Assembly: GCF_000012465.1 (NCBI RefSeq)
Contig: NC_007335.2
Coordinates: 1,350,001-1,382,000, forward strand
Direction: 5' to 3'
Length of the DNA stretch: 32,000 bases
Origin: Prochlorococcus marinus str. NATL2A
Lineage (GTDB): Bacteria > Cyanobacteriota > Cyanobacteriia > PCC-6307 > Cyanobiaceae
Positions 1-8,576 of the stretch are shown in pieces. The number at the start of each line of letters is the position of its first letter. Position 1 is the first letter of the stretch. The position numbers were made by a program, and so were the translations under genes. Below the pieces are notes generated by a model. That model was not told the origin of the DNA and ran no database searches. It saw only the letters and a list, made by a program, of their open reading frames with translations.

Positions 1-389
1 TCATCAATGTTCAATCCTATTGTCTTAGATATCTTCTCCTTCATTAAGTCAATATAAGGTTTTAGTTTTGGCCTTTCAGCGACAATAACTGAATCAATAT
101 TTTGAATTTGCCAACCTTTATTCTCAATTAATTCCATGACATGTCCAAGCAGAATTAAACTGTCTGCATTTTTCCACTTAGGGTCATCTGGAGGGAAATA
201 CTTTCCAATATCTCCCAATGATAACGCACCTAATATTGCGTCCATAATTGCATGAGTAAGAACATCTGCATCACTATGCCCATCAAGGCCTAAACCCTCT
301 GGATGGTTTAACTCAACCCCTCCAAGAATTAAAGGTCGTCCAGAAACCAATCGGTGCATGTCATAACCGTTGCCTATTCGTAAGTTCAC
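1..389 (-). CDS. ispF: 2-C-methyl-D-erythritol 2,4-cyclodiphosphate synthase (IspF) segment. Its 3' end runs off the window. It is in frame with the upstream TrmD segment with no stop between them.
   Basis: Hand translation of the minus strand from 389: [130 protein letters not shown]. The RIG-G-D-H N-terminus and the GHSDADV..HA..DA.LGA block are typical of IspF. A candidate internal GTG start lies at 389-387. Confidence 0.85.
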   Translation of the reverse strand, partial: MNLRIGNGYDMHRLVSGRPLILGGVELNHPEGLGLDGHSDADVLTHAIMDAILGALSLGDIGKYFPPDDPKWKNADSLILLGHVMELIENKGWQIQNIDSVIVAERPKLKPYIDLMKEKISKTIGLNID

Positions 390-1121
390 TTCAGTTTTCA
401 ATAATGAACTTCTTTTAATAAATGATAATTGGTCGAGCTTCCAAAGTTCGAACAAATCGGGTCTACGTGACTTCGTCCTGATTTCTCTTTGCTTCTGCCT
501 CCATTCTCTAATTAATTTATGATTACCACTTAAAAGGACATCAGGAACTTTCATACCTCTAAATTCTGCGGGTCGGGTGTATTGGGGATGTTCTAAAAGA
601 AACTCATTATGACTTTCTTCTTTTAATGATTCGGCACTGCCTAAAGTTCCCGGTAATAGACGTACAACTCCATTAATAAGAGTTATTGCAGGAATTTCTC
701 CACCTGTAAGAACAAAGTCTCCAATTGAAATTTCTTCATCAGCTAAAGACCTAATCCTTTCATCAAATCCCTCATAGCTACCACATATCAATATGAGTTG
801 ATCTTCTTTTGACCATCTAGAAAAATCAGGTTGAGATATTTTTCTACCTTGTGGAGTCATCAAAAGTATTCTTTTTTTATTGAGCTTTGGAATTTGATCA
901 AAAACCGAAAAATAGGGTTCTGGCTTTAAGACCATTCCTGCGCCTCCGCCATATGGCTCATCATCAACTTTTCGATAATTATCCATAGCGTGGTCACGAG
1001 GATTATGTATATGAATTGATGCAATCTTCTCTTCAAATGCTTTTTTTATTAGTCCATGATTAAAAAAATTTTTAAAAGCTTCTGGAAAAAGGCTTACGAC
1101 ATCGAATCTTAATTTACTCAT
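390..1121 (-). CDS. trmD: tRNA (guanine37-N1)-methyltransferase (TrmD) segment. The ATG is at 1121. No in-frame stop occurs before the IspF segment.
   Basis: Hand translation: [71 protein letters not shown]...[13 protein letters not shown]...[28 protein letters not shown]...[28 protein letters not shown]. These are TrmD/SPOUT hallmarks. The start lies 5 nt after the era stop. No complete ORF is listed here in the ORF track, which fits an ORF open to the window edge. Confidence 0.85.
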
Positions 1122-1126
1122 ATAAA

Positions 1127-2068
1127 TTAGCTACCTTCATAACCAAACTCATTAAGCCGAGAAGATTTACTTCTCCAGTCAGGCACAACTTTAACAAACA
1201 GTTCTAGATAGACATTTCCATTAATTAAAGTTTGAATTTGCATTCTTGACTCCTGGCCAATTTTTTTCAACATGCTTCCCCCTTTACCTATTAAAATTCC
1301 TTTCTGACTTTTTTTCTCAACACAAATAGTTGCAAGAATTCCAGTTCTTGATTTCTGTTCAGATTTTTTTTTCGATGTTATGTCTTCAATTTTATCAATA
1401 GAGACTGCCACACTATGAGGTACTTCTTCGCGTGTATTTATTAAAACTTGTTCTCTTATAAATTCAGCTATCAAAAACTTCTCAGGATGGTCACAATTCA
1501 TATCACTTGGATATAGCTGAGGTCCAAAAGGTAGTGTTTCTTCTATTTCACTAATTAATTCATTACATCCCTGACCTGTAAGAGCGCTACAACAAAAGAC
1601 TGGCCAATTAGTACCCTCTAAAAATTCGAAATATTCTTTCTTTCTTTCTTTAAATTGACTCAACGCTAAAAGATCCCATTTATTCAAGGCAACAATGACA
1701 GGGATTTTTAAATTTCTGATCAAATTCAAAATAAATGCGTCCCCCCTCCCTGGAGAATGGCTGGCTTCAAAAATAACTAAGACTGCATCAACATCTCCAA
1801 TAGATCTCTTGGCACTCTGAACAAGTCTTTCACCCAATAAATGATGTGGTTTATGAATACCAGGAGTATCTACAAAAATAATCTGAGACTTTTCATTCGT
1901 GAGTATTACTTTCAATCGATTTCTAGTGGTTTGAGCAATTGGAGAAGTAATTGCTATTTTCTCACCGATAAATTTGTTGATGAAAGTTGATTTGCCTACA
2001 TTGGGTCTACCGATTAATGCAATAAACCCTGATTTAAAATCCTCTTGACTCAAATCTCCCAAAGACAT
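1127..2068 (-). CDS. era: GTPase Era
   Basis: 313-aa ORF with a G1 motif (GRPNVGKST), DTPG, NKWD and a C-terminal KH-like region ([14 protein letters not shown]). Confidence 0.95.
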   Translation of the reverse strand: MSLGDLSQEDFKSGFIALIGRPNVGKSTFINKFIGEKIAITSPIAQTTRNRLKVILTNEKSQIIFVDTPGIHKPHHLLGERLVQSAKRSIGDVDAVLVIFEASHSPGRGDAFILNLIRNLKIPVIVALNKWDLLALSQFKERKKEYFEFLEGTNWPVFCCSALTGQGCNELISEIEETLPFGPQLYPSDMNCDHPEKFLIAEFIREQVLINTREEVPHSVAVSIDKIEDITSKKKSEQKSRTGILATICVEKKSQKGILIGKGGSMLKKIGQESRMQIQTLINGNVYLELFVKVVPDWRSKSSRLNEFGYEGS

Positions 2069-2119
2069 TTCCTTTCTCTACGATTATCTATAGCCTTACT
2101 ATAAAAGTGCAATAAAACC

Positions 2120-2632
2120 ATGAATGAGAAGAAACCAACTTTTAAAGAAGCAATGGAAGCAACAATGATTTGGTGCAAAAGTTGGGAAAATGATGAAATA
2201 AGTGACGAAGTTATTTCTGATCGAATTGGCGAGCTTATTAAAACGGTGGAAGGTGCAAGAGGATTTTTTGTTGTAAGTCTCTCAATAGATTGTCCATTAA
2301 TGGATAGATTCCCAGATGCTTTGATTTTTCAATTAAGAAGTTCTGGAGATATTATTGTTGATTTAACCGTAAAAAATCTTGCAATGAGTTCAGCCATGGT
2401 AATAACACATCATGATAATAATGATTCACAAGAAATCCAGTCAGAGAGAATAAAAATTCGATGTATTGAGTTACTTAAACTGTTAGATTCAAATCAAGTT
2501 AAAAAACGTTTAGATGTTTTACTTGAAGCAACAAAAGGAAATGGAACGGACTTGAAGTTTATTAACAAATGGGGTTATAACGCTAAACAAATCAATGCAA
2601 TATCAGAAAGTATCTATGAAGTTGCGACATAA
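2120..2632 (+). CDS. hypothetical protein (170 aa); I recognise no motif
   Basis: Clean ORF with an ATG start. It fills the gap between era and the terminator and is followed directly by a strong intrinsic terminator. Function unknown. Confidence 0.6.
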   Translation: MNEKKPTFKEAMEATMIWCKSWENDEISDEVISDRIGELIKTVEGARGFFVVSLSIDCPLMDRFPDALIFQLRSSGDIIVDLTVKNLAMSSAMVITHHDNNDSQEIQSERIKIRCIELLKLLDSNQVKKRLDVLLEATKGNGTDLKFINKWGYNAKQINAISESIYEVAT

Positions 2633-2658
2633 AAAAAGAGCCTTGCGGCTCTTTTTTT
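2633..2658. terminator. bidirectional rho-independent terminator between convergent genes
   Basis: AAAAAGAGCC-TTGC-GGCTCTTTTT: a perfect 10-bp stem with a GC core and 4-nt loop, flanked by an A-run on one side and a T-run on the other. It therefore reads as hairpin plus U-tract on both strands. Confidence 0.85.
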
Positions 2659-2675
2659 ATGTCTGGTTTATAGAA

Positions 2676-3413
2676 TTAATCTCTTCTTCCACCACCTTGA
2701 AGAGCAATGATTAAACGAAGAACAAAAACAAATAAGTTTATGTAAGTTAGATACATTCCTAATGCTCCAGCTAAATACTGCTCGTCGTTATATCTTCTTG
2801 GCATTGTGTAGAAATCTACAAAAGACATTGCAACAAAAAGTACAGTTCCAAAACCTGCAATCATCAATTCAAAGCCACTGCCTCCAAACATTCCTGGAGC
2901 AAATAAACCTCCAACAAATTGGAAGACCATAGCGATAATCAAACCAAGCAATCCAAGACCAACTGCACCTTGCAAAGCTTGGCCAACGTTATCACTCATT
3001 TTCCTGCCAACTGAAGAAGCAATTACGAAAGTAATTCCAGTCGCAAATACTGCGGTTCCTATCGCGCCCATTCCTGCAACTTGAATTGCTAAGCCAACAA
3101 TCCCACTGAGAGTAAAACCAGTAAGCAAGCTAAATCCAGTCAAGAGTGGAAGAGCTTTGGAGTTATTTGCATTATTGGCAGCGCTACTTGCCATGAAGAA
3201 TAAAACTATTTCTGCAATAAATGCGACTATAAATAAAGGGCCGAATAAAGGATTGTTAGTTGCTTGTAAAGAAAGTCCACCTAAAACACCTAATCCAGTT
3301 AATGCCATTCCTCCGCCTACATAAGGCAAGGCTTTGTTTACTACATTTGGACCAATAAGTGCACTAGATTGTGCTTCACGAATAGCTTGTTGAAAATTGC
3401 TGTTTGCTGGCAT
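2676..3413 (-). CDS. Bax inhibitor-1/YccA-family integral membrane protein
   Basis: 245 aa with multiple Gly/Ala/Leu-rich hydrophobic helices along the whole length, a polar N-terminus and a basic C-terminal tail (GGGRRD). This is the typical BI-1/UPF0005 architecture. The family assignment was made by eye. Confidence 0.65.
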   Translation of the reverse strand: MPANSNFQQAIREAQSSALIGPNVVNKALPYVGGGMALTGLGVLGGLSLQATNNPLFGPLFIVAFIAEIVLFFMASSAANNANNSKALPLLTGFSLLTGFTLSGIVGLAIQVAGMGAIGTAVFATGITFVIASSVGRKMSDNVGQALQGAVGLGLLGLIIAMVFQFVGGLFAPGMFGGSGFELMIAGFGTVLFVAMSFVDFYTMPRRYNDEQYLAGALGMYLTYINLFVFVLRLIIALQGGGRRD

Positions 3414-3488
3414 AACGCACCAGATAATTATTAATACCTATTCTGGCACAAAAAAAATAAGTCTCCATGAATGTGAATGCGGATCACC

Positions 3489-4466
3489 CTATCGTCTTTT
3501 TTTATCTAGTTCTGCATAAGCATCAACAACGCTTTGAACGAGTGGATGTCTTACTACATCTGCTGAAGTAAGTCTGCAAACTGAAATTCCATCAACCTTT
3601 TCAAGTAAGTCTGCAGCTTCTATAAGTCCGCTCATTTGTCCATATGGCAAGTCAACCTGGGTTATATCGCCAGTTACTACCATCCTTGACCTCTCACCTA
3701 ATCTGGTAAGGACCATCCTCATTTGTGCTGGTGTCGTATTTTGAGCCTCATCAAGTATGACAAATGATTCTTCTAAAGTCCTCCCTCGCATGTAAGCCAA
3801 AGGCGCAACTTCAATCACGTTTTTTTCTAAAAGCAAATTAGTTTTTTCTTGTCCAAGTAAAGAGTGGAGAGAATCATATAAAGGCCTTAGATAAGGATCA
3901 ACCTTTTGCTGTAAGTCCCCAGGTAAAAATCCCAATCTTTCGCCAGCTTCAACTGCAGGTCTTGTCAAAATAATTTTCTCAATTTTCCTCTCAGTTAGCA
4001 TTCGCACAGCTAATACAGTTGCCAAGAAAGTTTTTCCTGTTCCTGCTGGGCCTAAAGCAAAAGTAAGATCACTTTTTTCCATAGCTTCTACATAAAATTT
4101 TTGTCTAATTGTTCTTGGTCTTAAAAGATTTCCTCTTTGACTTCTCGCTAAAACTTTATTTGTGGATTTGGCATGATCATTTTTTTTGCCATTATCCAAT
4201 GCTTTAGCCGCAGCATGTAAATCAACGGGCGAGACAATTTGCCCTTCTTCCCAAATTGGCCTAACTAATTCAACAATTGCTGCAGCTTTCTCTAATTGGT
4301 AAGAATTTCCTTTTATTTCGAGTTGCAAGCCCCTTAAGGCAAAAGCAGCACCTGTAAGGTTTTCTAATCTATGAAGTGTTGACTGACCAGTTCCGGCTAA
4401 AGCAGTAGCAGCATCGGAATCAGGCAGATCTATACAAAAGCGACCTTCAGTGGTTGCTTCAGACAT
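3489..4466 (-). CDS. phoH: PhoH-like ATPase
   Basis: Walker A GPAGTGKTFLA, Walker B ILDEAQN, and GDITQVDLP; a typical PhoH/YbeZ core. Confidence 0.9.
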   Translation of the reverse strand: MSEATTEGRFCIDLPDSDAATALAGTGQSTLHRLENLTGAAFALRGLQLEIKGNSYQLEKAAAIVELVRPIWEEGQIVSPVDLHAAAKALDNGKKNDHAKSTNKVLARSQRGNLLRPRTIRQKFYVEAMEKSDLTFALGPAGTGKTFLATVLAVRMLTERKIEKIILTRPAVEAGERLGFLPGDLQQKVDPYLRPLYDSLHSLLGQEKTNLLLEKNVIEVAPLAYMRGRTLEESFVILDEAQNTTPAQMRMVLTRLGERSRMVVTGDITQVDLPYGQMSGLIEAADLLEKVDGISVCRLTSADVVRHPLVQSVVDAYAELDKKRR

Positions 4467-4476
4467 AAAATTTTTT

Positions 4477-4503
4477 GAAGTTATTGATACTTATCAAAAC
4501 TTC
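4477..4503 (-). promoter_or_regulatory. intercistronic stem-loop directly after the rpsP stop codon and 10 nt before the phoH start
   Basis: Minus-strand RNA GAAGUU-UUGAU-AAGU-AUCAA-U-AACUUC: 11 bp with one bulge and a 4-nt loop, followed by AAAAAAUUUUAUG. No clean U-tract, so it is not a canonical terminator. Confidence 0.35.
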
Positions 4504-4836
4504 TTATTCAGAAGTTTCGGATGCAGCTGCATCTTTTTTCTTTGCTGATCTTTCTTTTTCTTGTTTTTGCTTACCTAGGACTTCAGCTGGTCTAACTTTC
4601 TTTTCAAGGAGTCCTCCTTTTTCTAATAAAGTTCTTACAGCATCAGTAGGTTGTGCACCTTGCCCTAGTCGAGTTCTTAAAGCCTCTGTATCTAATCTGG
4701 TTTCTTTGGTTCTTGGATTGTAAAAGCCTAGTTCTTGTAGGGGGCGACCATCTCGCCTTGAAGTGCTATTACATGCAACTAGACGAAAACTGGTTTCACG
4801 CTTTTTACCAAACCGCTTGAGGCGGAGCTTGATCAT
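4504..4836 (-). CDS. rpsP: 30S ribosomal protein S16
   Basis: [21 protein letters not shown]... is a canonical S16 N-terminus. It sits downstream of ffh, as in many bacteria. About 28 extra Lys/Glu-rich residues lie at the C-terminus. Confidence 0.95.
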   Translation of the reverse strand: MIKLRLKRFGKKRETSFRLVACNSTSRRDGRPLQELGFYNPRTKETRLDTEALRTRLGQGAQPTDAVRTLLEKGGLLEKKVRPAEVLGKQKQEKERSAKKKDAAASETSE

Positions 4837-4923
4837 CTTCGATTTATTTGTAAGTGGATTGAACTCAAAGGTTCTTCATCTTGATAATACTCCACGGATG
4901 ATTAATTTAGCCTTTTGATATCT

Positions 4924-6387
4924 CTAAAGATCACCAAAACCTTTCTTTTTCTTAATTGGTCGCTGCCTTCGGGGGGGCAAACCTGGACCTCCTTTTCCTT
5001 TTCTTGACTGATATGGATTAGCACCAGATGAAGGCATACTAGGGAGTCCACCCATACCAGGGAGACCTCCATCCATACCGGGAAGACCTCCTCCTGTAGA
5101 CATCTGCTTCATCAAGCCTCGCATCCTTTGAAAATCCGCGAGAACCTTATCAACGTCTGCTGGCTTATGTCCACTGCCACTTGCAACCCTTCGACGTCTT
5201 GATGGTTGCGCTGCCAACAATTCAGGTTTATTCCTCTCCTCTACTGACATTGAACCAATCATTGCCTCGATTTTTTTAAGTTGATCTTCTCCACTTTTAA
5301 TCATTCCATCATCAATTTTATTCATTCCAGGAATCATTTTCAGCAGCCCCCCTAACGAGCCCATTCGCTTTATCATCCTCATCTGTTTTACGAAATCTGA
5401 AAAATCAAAAGTTGCTTCTTGAAGCTTCTTTTGCATGATTTCTGCATCAGCAATTTCAACTTCTTTCTGTGCTTTTTCGACAAGAGTTAAAACATCGCCC
5501 ATCCCTAAGATTCTGCTAGCCATCCTCTCGGGATAAAAAGGTTGCAATGCCTCAACCTTTTCTCCAGTACCTATAAATTTGATTGGTTTTCCACTGATTT
5601 TTCTTATAGAAAGAGCAGCTCCACCTCTCGAATCTCCATCTAGCTTCGTGAGTACAGCGCCTGTTATTCCTACTTTTTCATGAAAACTTCTGGTGATGTC
5701 TGCGGCCTCTTGGCCAATCATTGAATCAACTACCAATAAAACTTCATCTGGTTGAACGGCCTCTTTAATTCGAACCATCTCTCCCATCATGTCGGTATCA
5801 ATTTGGAGCCGCCCAGCAGTATCTACAAGAACAGTGTCAAATCCTTCATTTTTAGCTTTTTCCAAGCCTTTTTTAGCAATCTCCTCCGGCTTTAAATTAG
5901 AACTTAAATTAAAAACCTCAACATCAATTTGTTTTCCCAAAGTTACTAATTGATCAATAGCGGCTGGTCTGTAAGTATCGGCAGCCACAAGTAATGGCTT
6001 TTTATTTTTTTCTTTAAGAAGCAATCCAAGCTTTGCTGTAGCGGTTGTCTTTCCAGCTCCCTGAAGTCCAGCCATCAAAATGACCGTTGGCTGTTCCTCT
6101 GAATTTGCCAAGGGGTCATTCTCTCCTCCCATAACATTCACAAGTTCTTCATGAACTACTTGAATGAATTTCTGTCCAGGGTCTATCCCTCTTACAACTT
6201 CTGTTCCAACTGCCTTTACTCTTACTTCATCAATAAATTCTTTTACTACAGACAAGCTGACATCTGCATCTAATAAAGCTCGTCTGACCTGCTTAAGTGC
6301 TTCATCAACATTCTCCTCTGAAATTTTAGCTTCACCTTTAAATGCCTTTACAGCATCTTCAAATTGATTAGTTAGTTCCTCAAACAT
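4924..6387 (-). CDS. ffh: signal recognition particle protein Ffh
   Basis: SRP54 N and G domains (GLQGAGKTT, DTAGR, TKLD) and a Met-rich M domain. The C-terminal tail is Gly/Pro/Met-rich. Confidence 0.95.
   Translation of the reverse strand: MFEELTNQFEDAVKAFKGEAKISEENVDEALKQVRRALLDADVSLSVVKEFIDEVRVKAVGTEVVRGIDPGQKFIQVVHEELVNVMGGENDPLANSEEQPTVILMAGLQGAGKTTATAKLGLLLKEKNKKPLLVAADTYRPAAIDQLVTLGKQIDVEVFNLSSNLKPEEIAKKGLEKAKNEGFDTVLVDTAGRLQIDTDMMGEMVRIKEAVQPDEVLLVVDSMIGQEAADITRSFHEKVGITGAVLTKLDGDSRGGAALSIRKISGKPIKFIGTGEKVEALQPFYPERMASRILGMGDVLTLVEKAQKEVEIADAEIMQKKLQEATFDFSDFVKQMRMIKRMGSLGGLLKMIPGMNKIDDGMIKSGEDQLKKIEAMIGSMSVEERNKPELLAAQPSRRRRVASGSGHKPADVDKVLADFQRMRGLMKQMSTGGGLPGMDGGLPGMGGLPSMPSSGANPYQSRKGKGGPGLPPRRQRPIKKKKGFGDL
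5035..5091 (-). repeat. imperfect 21-nt tandem repeat (about 2.7 copies) encoding (GGLPGMx)n in the Ffh C-terminal tail
   Basis: Minus strand: gga ggt ctt ccc ggt atg gat / gga ggt ctc cct ggt atg ggt / gga ctc cct agt atg. The first two units are about 17/21 identical. Confidence 0.6.
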
Positions 6388-6425
6388 TTTCTTAGAGTTA
6401 CAGAAATAATTTAAAAAATTATTTT

Positions 6426-8480
6426 TTAATTTCCACTAATATAGTCAACTATTAGCCAGTTTTTTTTATTCTTACCTATTATATATTTAACTTTCAAAGA
6501 AGGAATAACCGTTTCAGATAAAATCTCACCCGAAGAACTAATCAATTTATCTTGATAGTCTAATTCAACATCTGCTGCAATTCTCCTGTCAGATTTTTGA
6601 ACAATATTGATTGAAGTTATATCTGCATTAATAATCTGTCTTTGTCCTAATAGTTTATCTTTCTTTCTCTGTTCAATAACTCTATTGAATAGAGAGGTTC
6701 TAGCAACAGAAGAAAGAAACTGACTTTCCGAACCATTCAAAATGTCCGCCTTACCTTCCAACCATGATTCAACAAGAGATTTAATTTCTTGATTTGAGGG
6801 GTCTAATGAAGTAAGAGGAATTGATTTTTTTAAATCTAATTTTTCTTTATTATTTTCTATTTTAGTTGATACATTATCTCTATTTTTAATATCTTCTGGT
6901 TTAACCAATTCAGACTTAGAGATATTGCTGAGATCATTATTTTGCGAGGGTTTTCTTTGCGTAAGGACTCCTAAGCTTGTTCCAACAATAAATAAACCAA
7001 TAAATGCTAAAGAACTTGTATATATCGGACGTTTTAATATGAAAGATTTGAAATCTGAGTTTTTTATCAATTCAAATGTTGAATAATATTTTGAAACTAT
7101 CTTTTCAACCAAATTAGATCTTAAGAAAATTTCTTTAATATCTAATCGTGATTTGAAAGAGCTTTCATTAAAATTCTCACCTAAAGCCCCACCCGGCATT
7201 GGCAAATCTGCTTTTTCCTCCAAGTTTCTTGATGAATTATTCTCAATTTGTTGTTCAGGGGTCAATGACGATAAGAAAGAAAATCCAGCTTTTGCAATAC
7301 CTAATGCCCCTTTTGCTTCCAACTGCTCTACATAAACTTGAACTTCTTGGCTAGCGAACCAATCATCAAGATTTACAGTTTGTATCTCAACATCGCTAAA
7401 ACCTACTAATACATCTTTTTTCAACCAATTTCTACAGTAGTCGCATAGAGCTCCCAATGTTTCGCCTGGGTAATTGTCTAACCAGTCTTTTAATTTCTCA
7501 TCTGAACTACTTCGAAAACGAGACTCTGCTTGCGTGACATCTCCTAATAAAAGATCTAGGCATCCAATTAATGGCATAGGGTCAAAGCCATTAATGTTGA
7601 TATTTCGAAGATATTTCCGAGCTTCTTGCAAGAGTTCTGGTTTCCTATAAGAATAGCCAGAAGCAATCAAAGCAAAAGCAGCAAGAAAGCCAGCATCTTC
7701 GGAACCTCTTCTATACCAGTTTACATAAATTTTTGACTGTTCTTTAGCAGTTAAAAATTTTCTGATTTGGAGGAAAAATAGCTCAAAATCATTTTGATTT
7801 AATCCTGCTATTTTTTCTGAATTTCTTTTTCCTTCGAGTCCACCTCTTTTATTAACAAAGTCATCCAGCAACATCAGGCCTTCCCGATGAGATTTTTCGT
7901 CTTCTTTCTCTCTACTTAATAAATCAAGAATTCTGTATGGAAGTAAAGACTCTAAATCGGATTCAAGGGTTTTTCTTTCTTCAACAAGCTTTCCCATCCT
8001 CTGCAATAACTGTATGCCTTCCTGAAGCAAATCAGCGCCTGAAGCGTATCTTCTGCAAGCTTGCTCCTCAATAGAAGCGTCTCTACAAGCTAAAGCTGCT
8101 ATTAATGTTAAATCTGACTCTCTACCACTTCCCAAGGCTGGAGCTTGTGGAGGTTGTAATGCTTTTTTTGCAAGCTTGAAAGCTTGGAAAGAAGCATTTG
8201 ATTCCCACAAGAGAAGTAAACCAGCAACTTCTCTATTTGAAGATAATTCAAGCCCAGACGAACCCTCAATCAAAGCGAGTTCGTAAGATTGTCGTTCAGC
8301 AGGATTAGATAAAAGATCAGCAGAAAGCCTTAGAAGCTCAGACCTCTGAGCTAAAACTTCATAAGTAAAGCCTTGCTTGGGAGGACGATCTAGCCTTAGC
8401 TGAAAAGCCCTGAGGACCTCTTCAGCATTTGCAGAAGGGCTAACCCCCAATAAGCGAAAATGATCAATAGGTAATTCCAA
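6426..8480 (-). CDS. zipN: cyanobacterial cell-division protein ZipN/Ftn2 (ARC6 homologue)
   Basis: N-terminal J-like domain without an HPD motif (DHFRLLGVSPSANAEEVLRAF...), a long helical region, one TM segment (LAFIGLFIVGTSLGVL) and a C-terminal globular domain. This is the Ftn2/ARC6 architecture. Confidence 0.75.
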   Translation of the reverse strand: MELPIDHFRLLGVSPSANAEEVLRAFQLRLDRPPKQGFTYEVLAQRSELLRLSADLLSNPAERQSYELALIEGSSGLELSSNREVAGLLLLWESNASFQAFKLAKKALQPPQAPALGSGRESDLTLIAALACRDASIEEQACRRYASGADLLQEGIQLLQRMGKLVEERKTLESDLESLLPYRILDLLSREKEDEKSHREGLMLLDDFVNKRGGLEGKRNSEKIAGLNQNDFELFFLQIRKFLTAKEQSKIYVNWYRRGSEDAGFLAAFALIASGYSYRKPELLQEARKYLRNININGFDPMPLIGCLDLLLGDVTQAESRFRSSSDEKLKDWLDNYPGETLGALCDYCRNWLKKDVLVGFSDVEIQTVNLDDWFASQEVQVYVEQLEAKGALGIAKAGFSFLSSLTPEQQIENNSSRNLEEKADLPMPGGALGENFNESSFKSRLDIKEIFLRSNLVEKIVSKYYSTFELIKNSDFKSFILKRPIYTSSLAFIGLFIVGTSLGVLTQRKPSQNNDLSNISKSELVKPEDIKNRDNVSTKIENNKEKLDLKKSIPLTSLDPSNQEIKSLVESWLEGKADILNGSESQFLSSVARTSLFNRVIEQRKKDKLLGQRQIINADITSINIVQKSDRRIAADVELDYQDKLISSSGEILSETVIPSLKVKYIIGKNKKNWLIVDYISGN

Positions 8481-8576
8481 TCGCTACTAGGTAATCAGAA
8501 AAAAAGCTCTAGGCATCGTAAGGGGTTTTAACCATTTTGCATCCATTGACGCTTAAAGTCTAAAAAGGATTGATAA

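Noticed and set aside
4475-4723. 82-aa + strand ORF, plus similar short ORFs at 6164-6367, 7153-7335, 8709-8897, 9164-9415, 10788-11054, 11178-11402, 11793-12023, 12725-12922, 14104-14340, 15117-15419, 20052-20339, 20481-20870, 20907-21104, 21442-21630, 22152-22418, 22677-22874, 23157-23357, 24473-24709, 26170-26433, 27513-27698 and 27948-28151
   Set aside because: Almost all lie within much longer ORFs that have clear family motifs, either antisense or out of frame. The rest only run into gene flanks: 15117-15419 starts in the lnt-FKBP spacer, 20052-20339 starts in the gap upstream of murA, and 21442-21630 spans the murA 3' end, a spacer and the tRNA-Leu 5' end. Their translations are low-complexity (Ser/Pro/Phe/Ile-rich) with no recognisable motifs. 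They are shadow ORFs.
8546-8576. Possible pdhA promoter (TTGACG at 8546-8551 with weak ATTGAT/TGATAA -10 candidates)
   Set aside because: The -10 match is poor. The implied TSS would sit on or after the GTG 8577 start. There is not enough evidence to call it.
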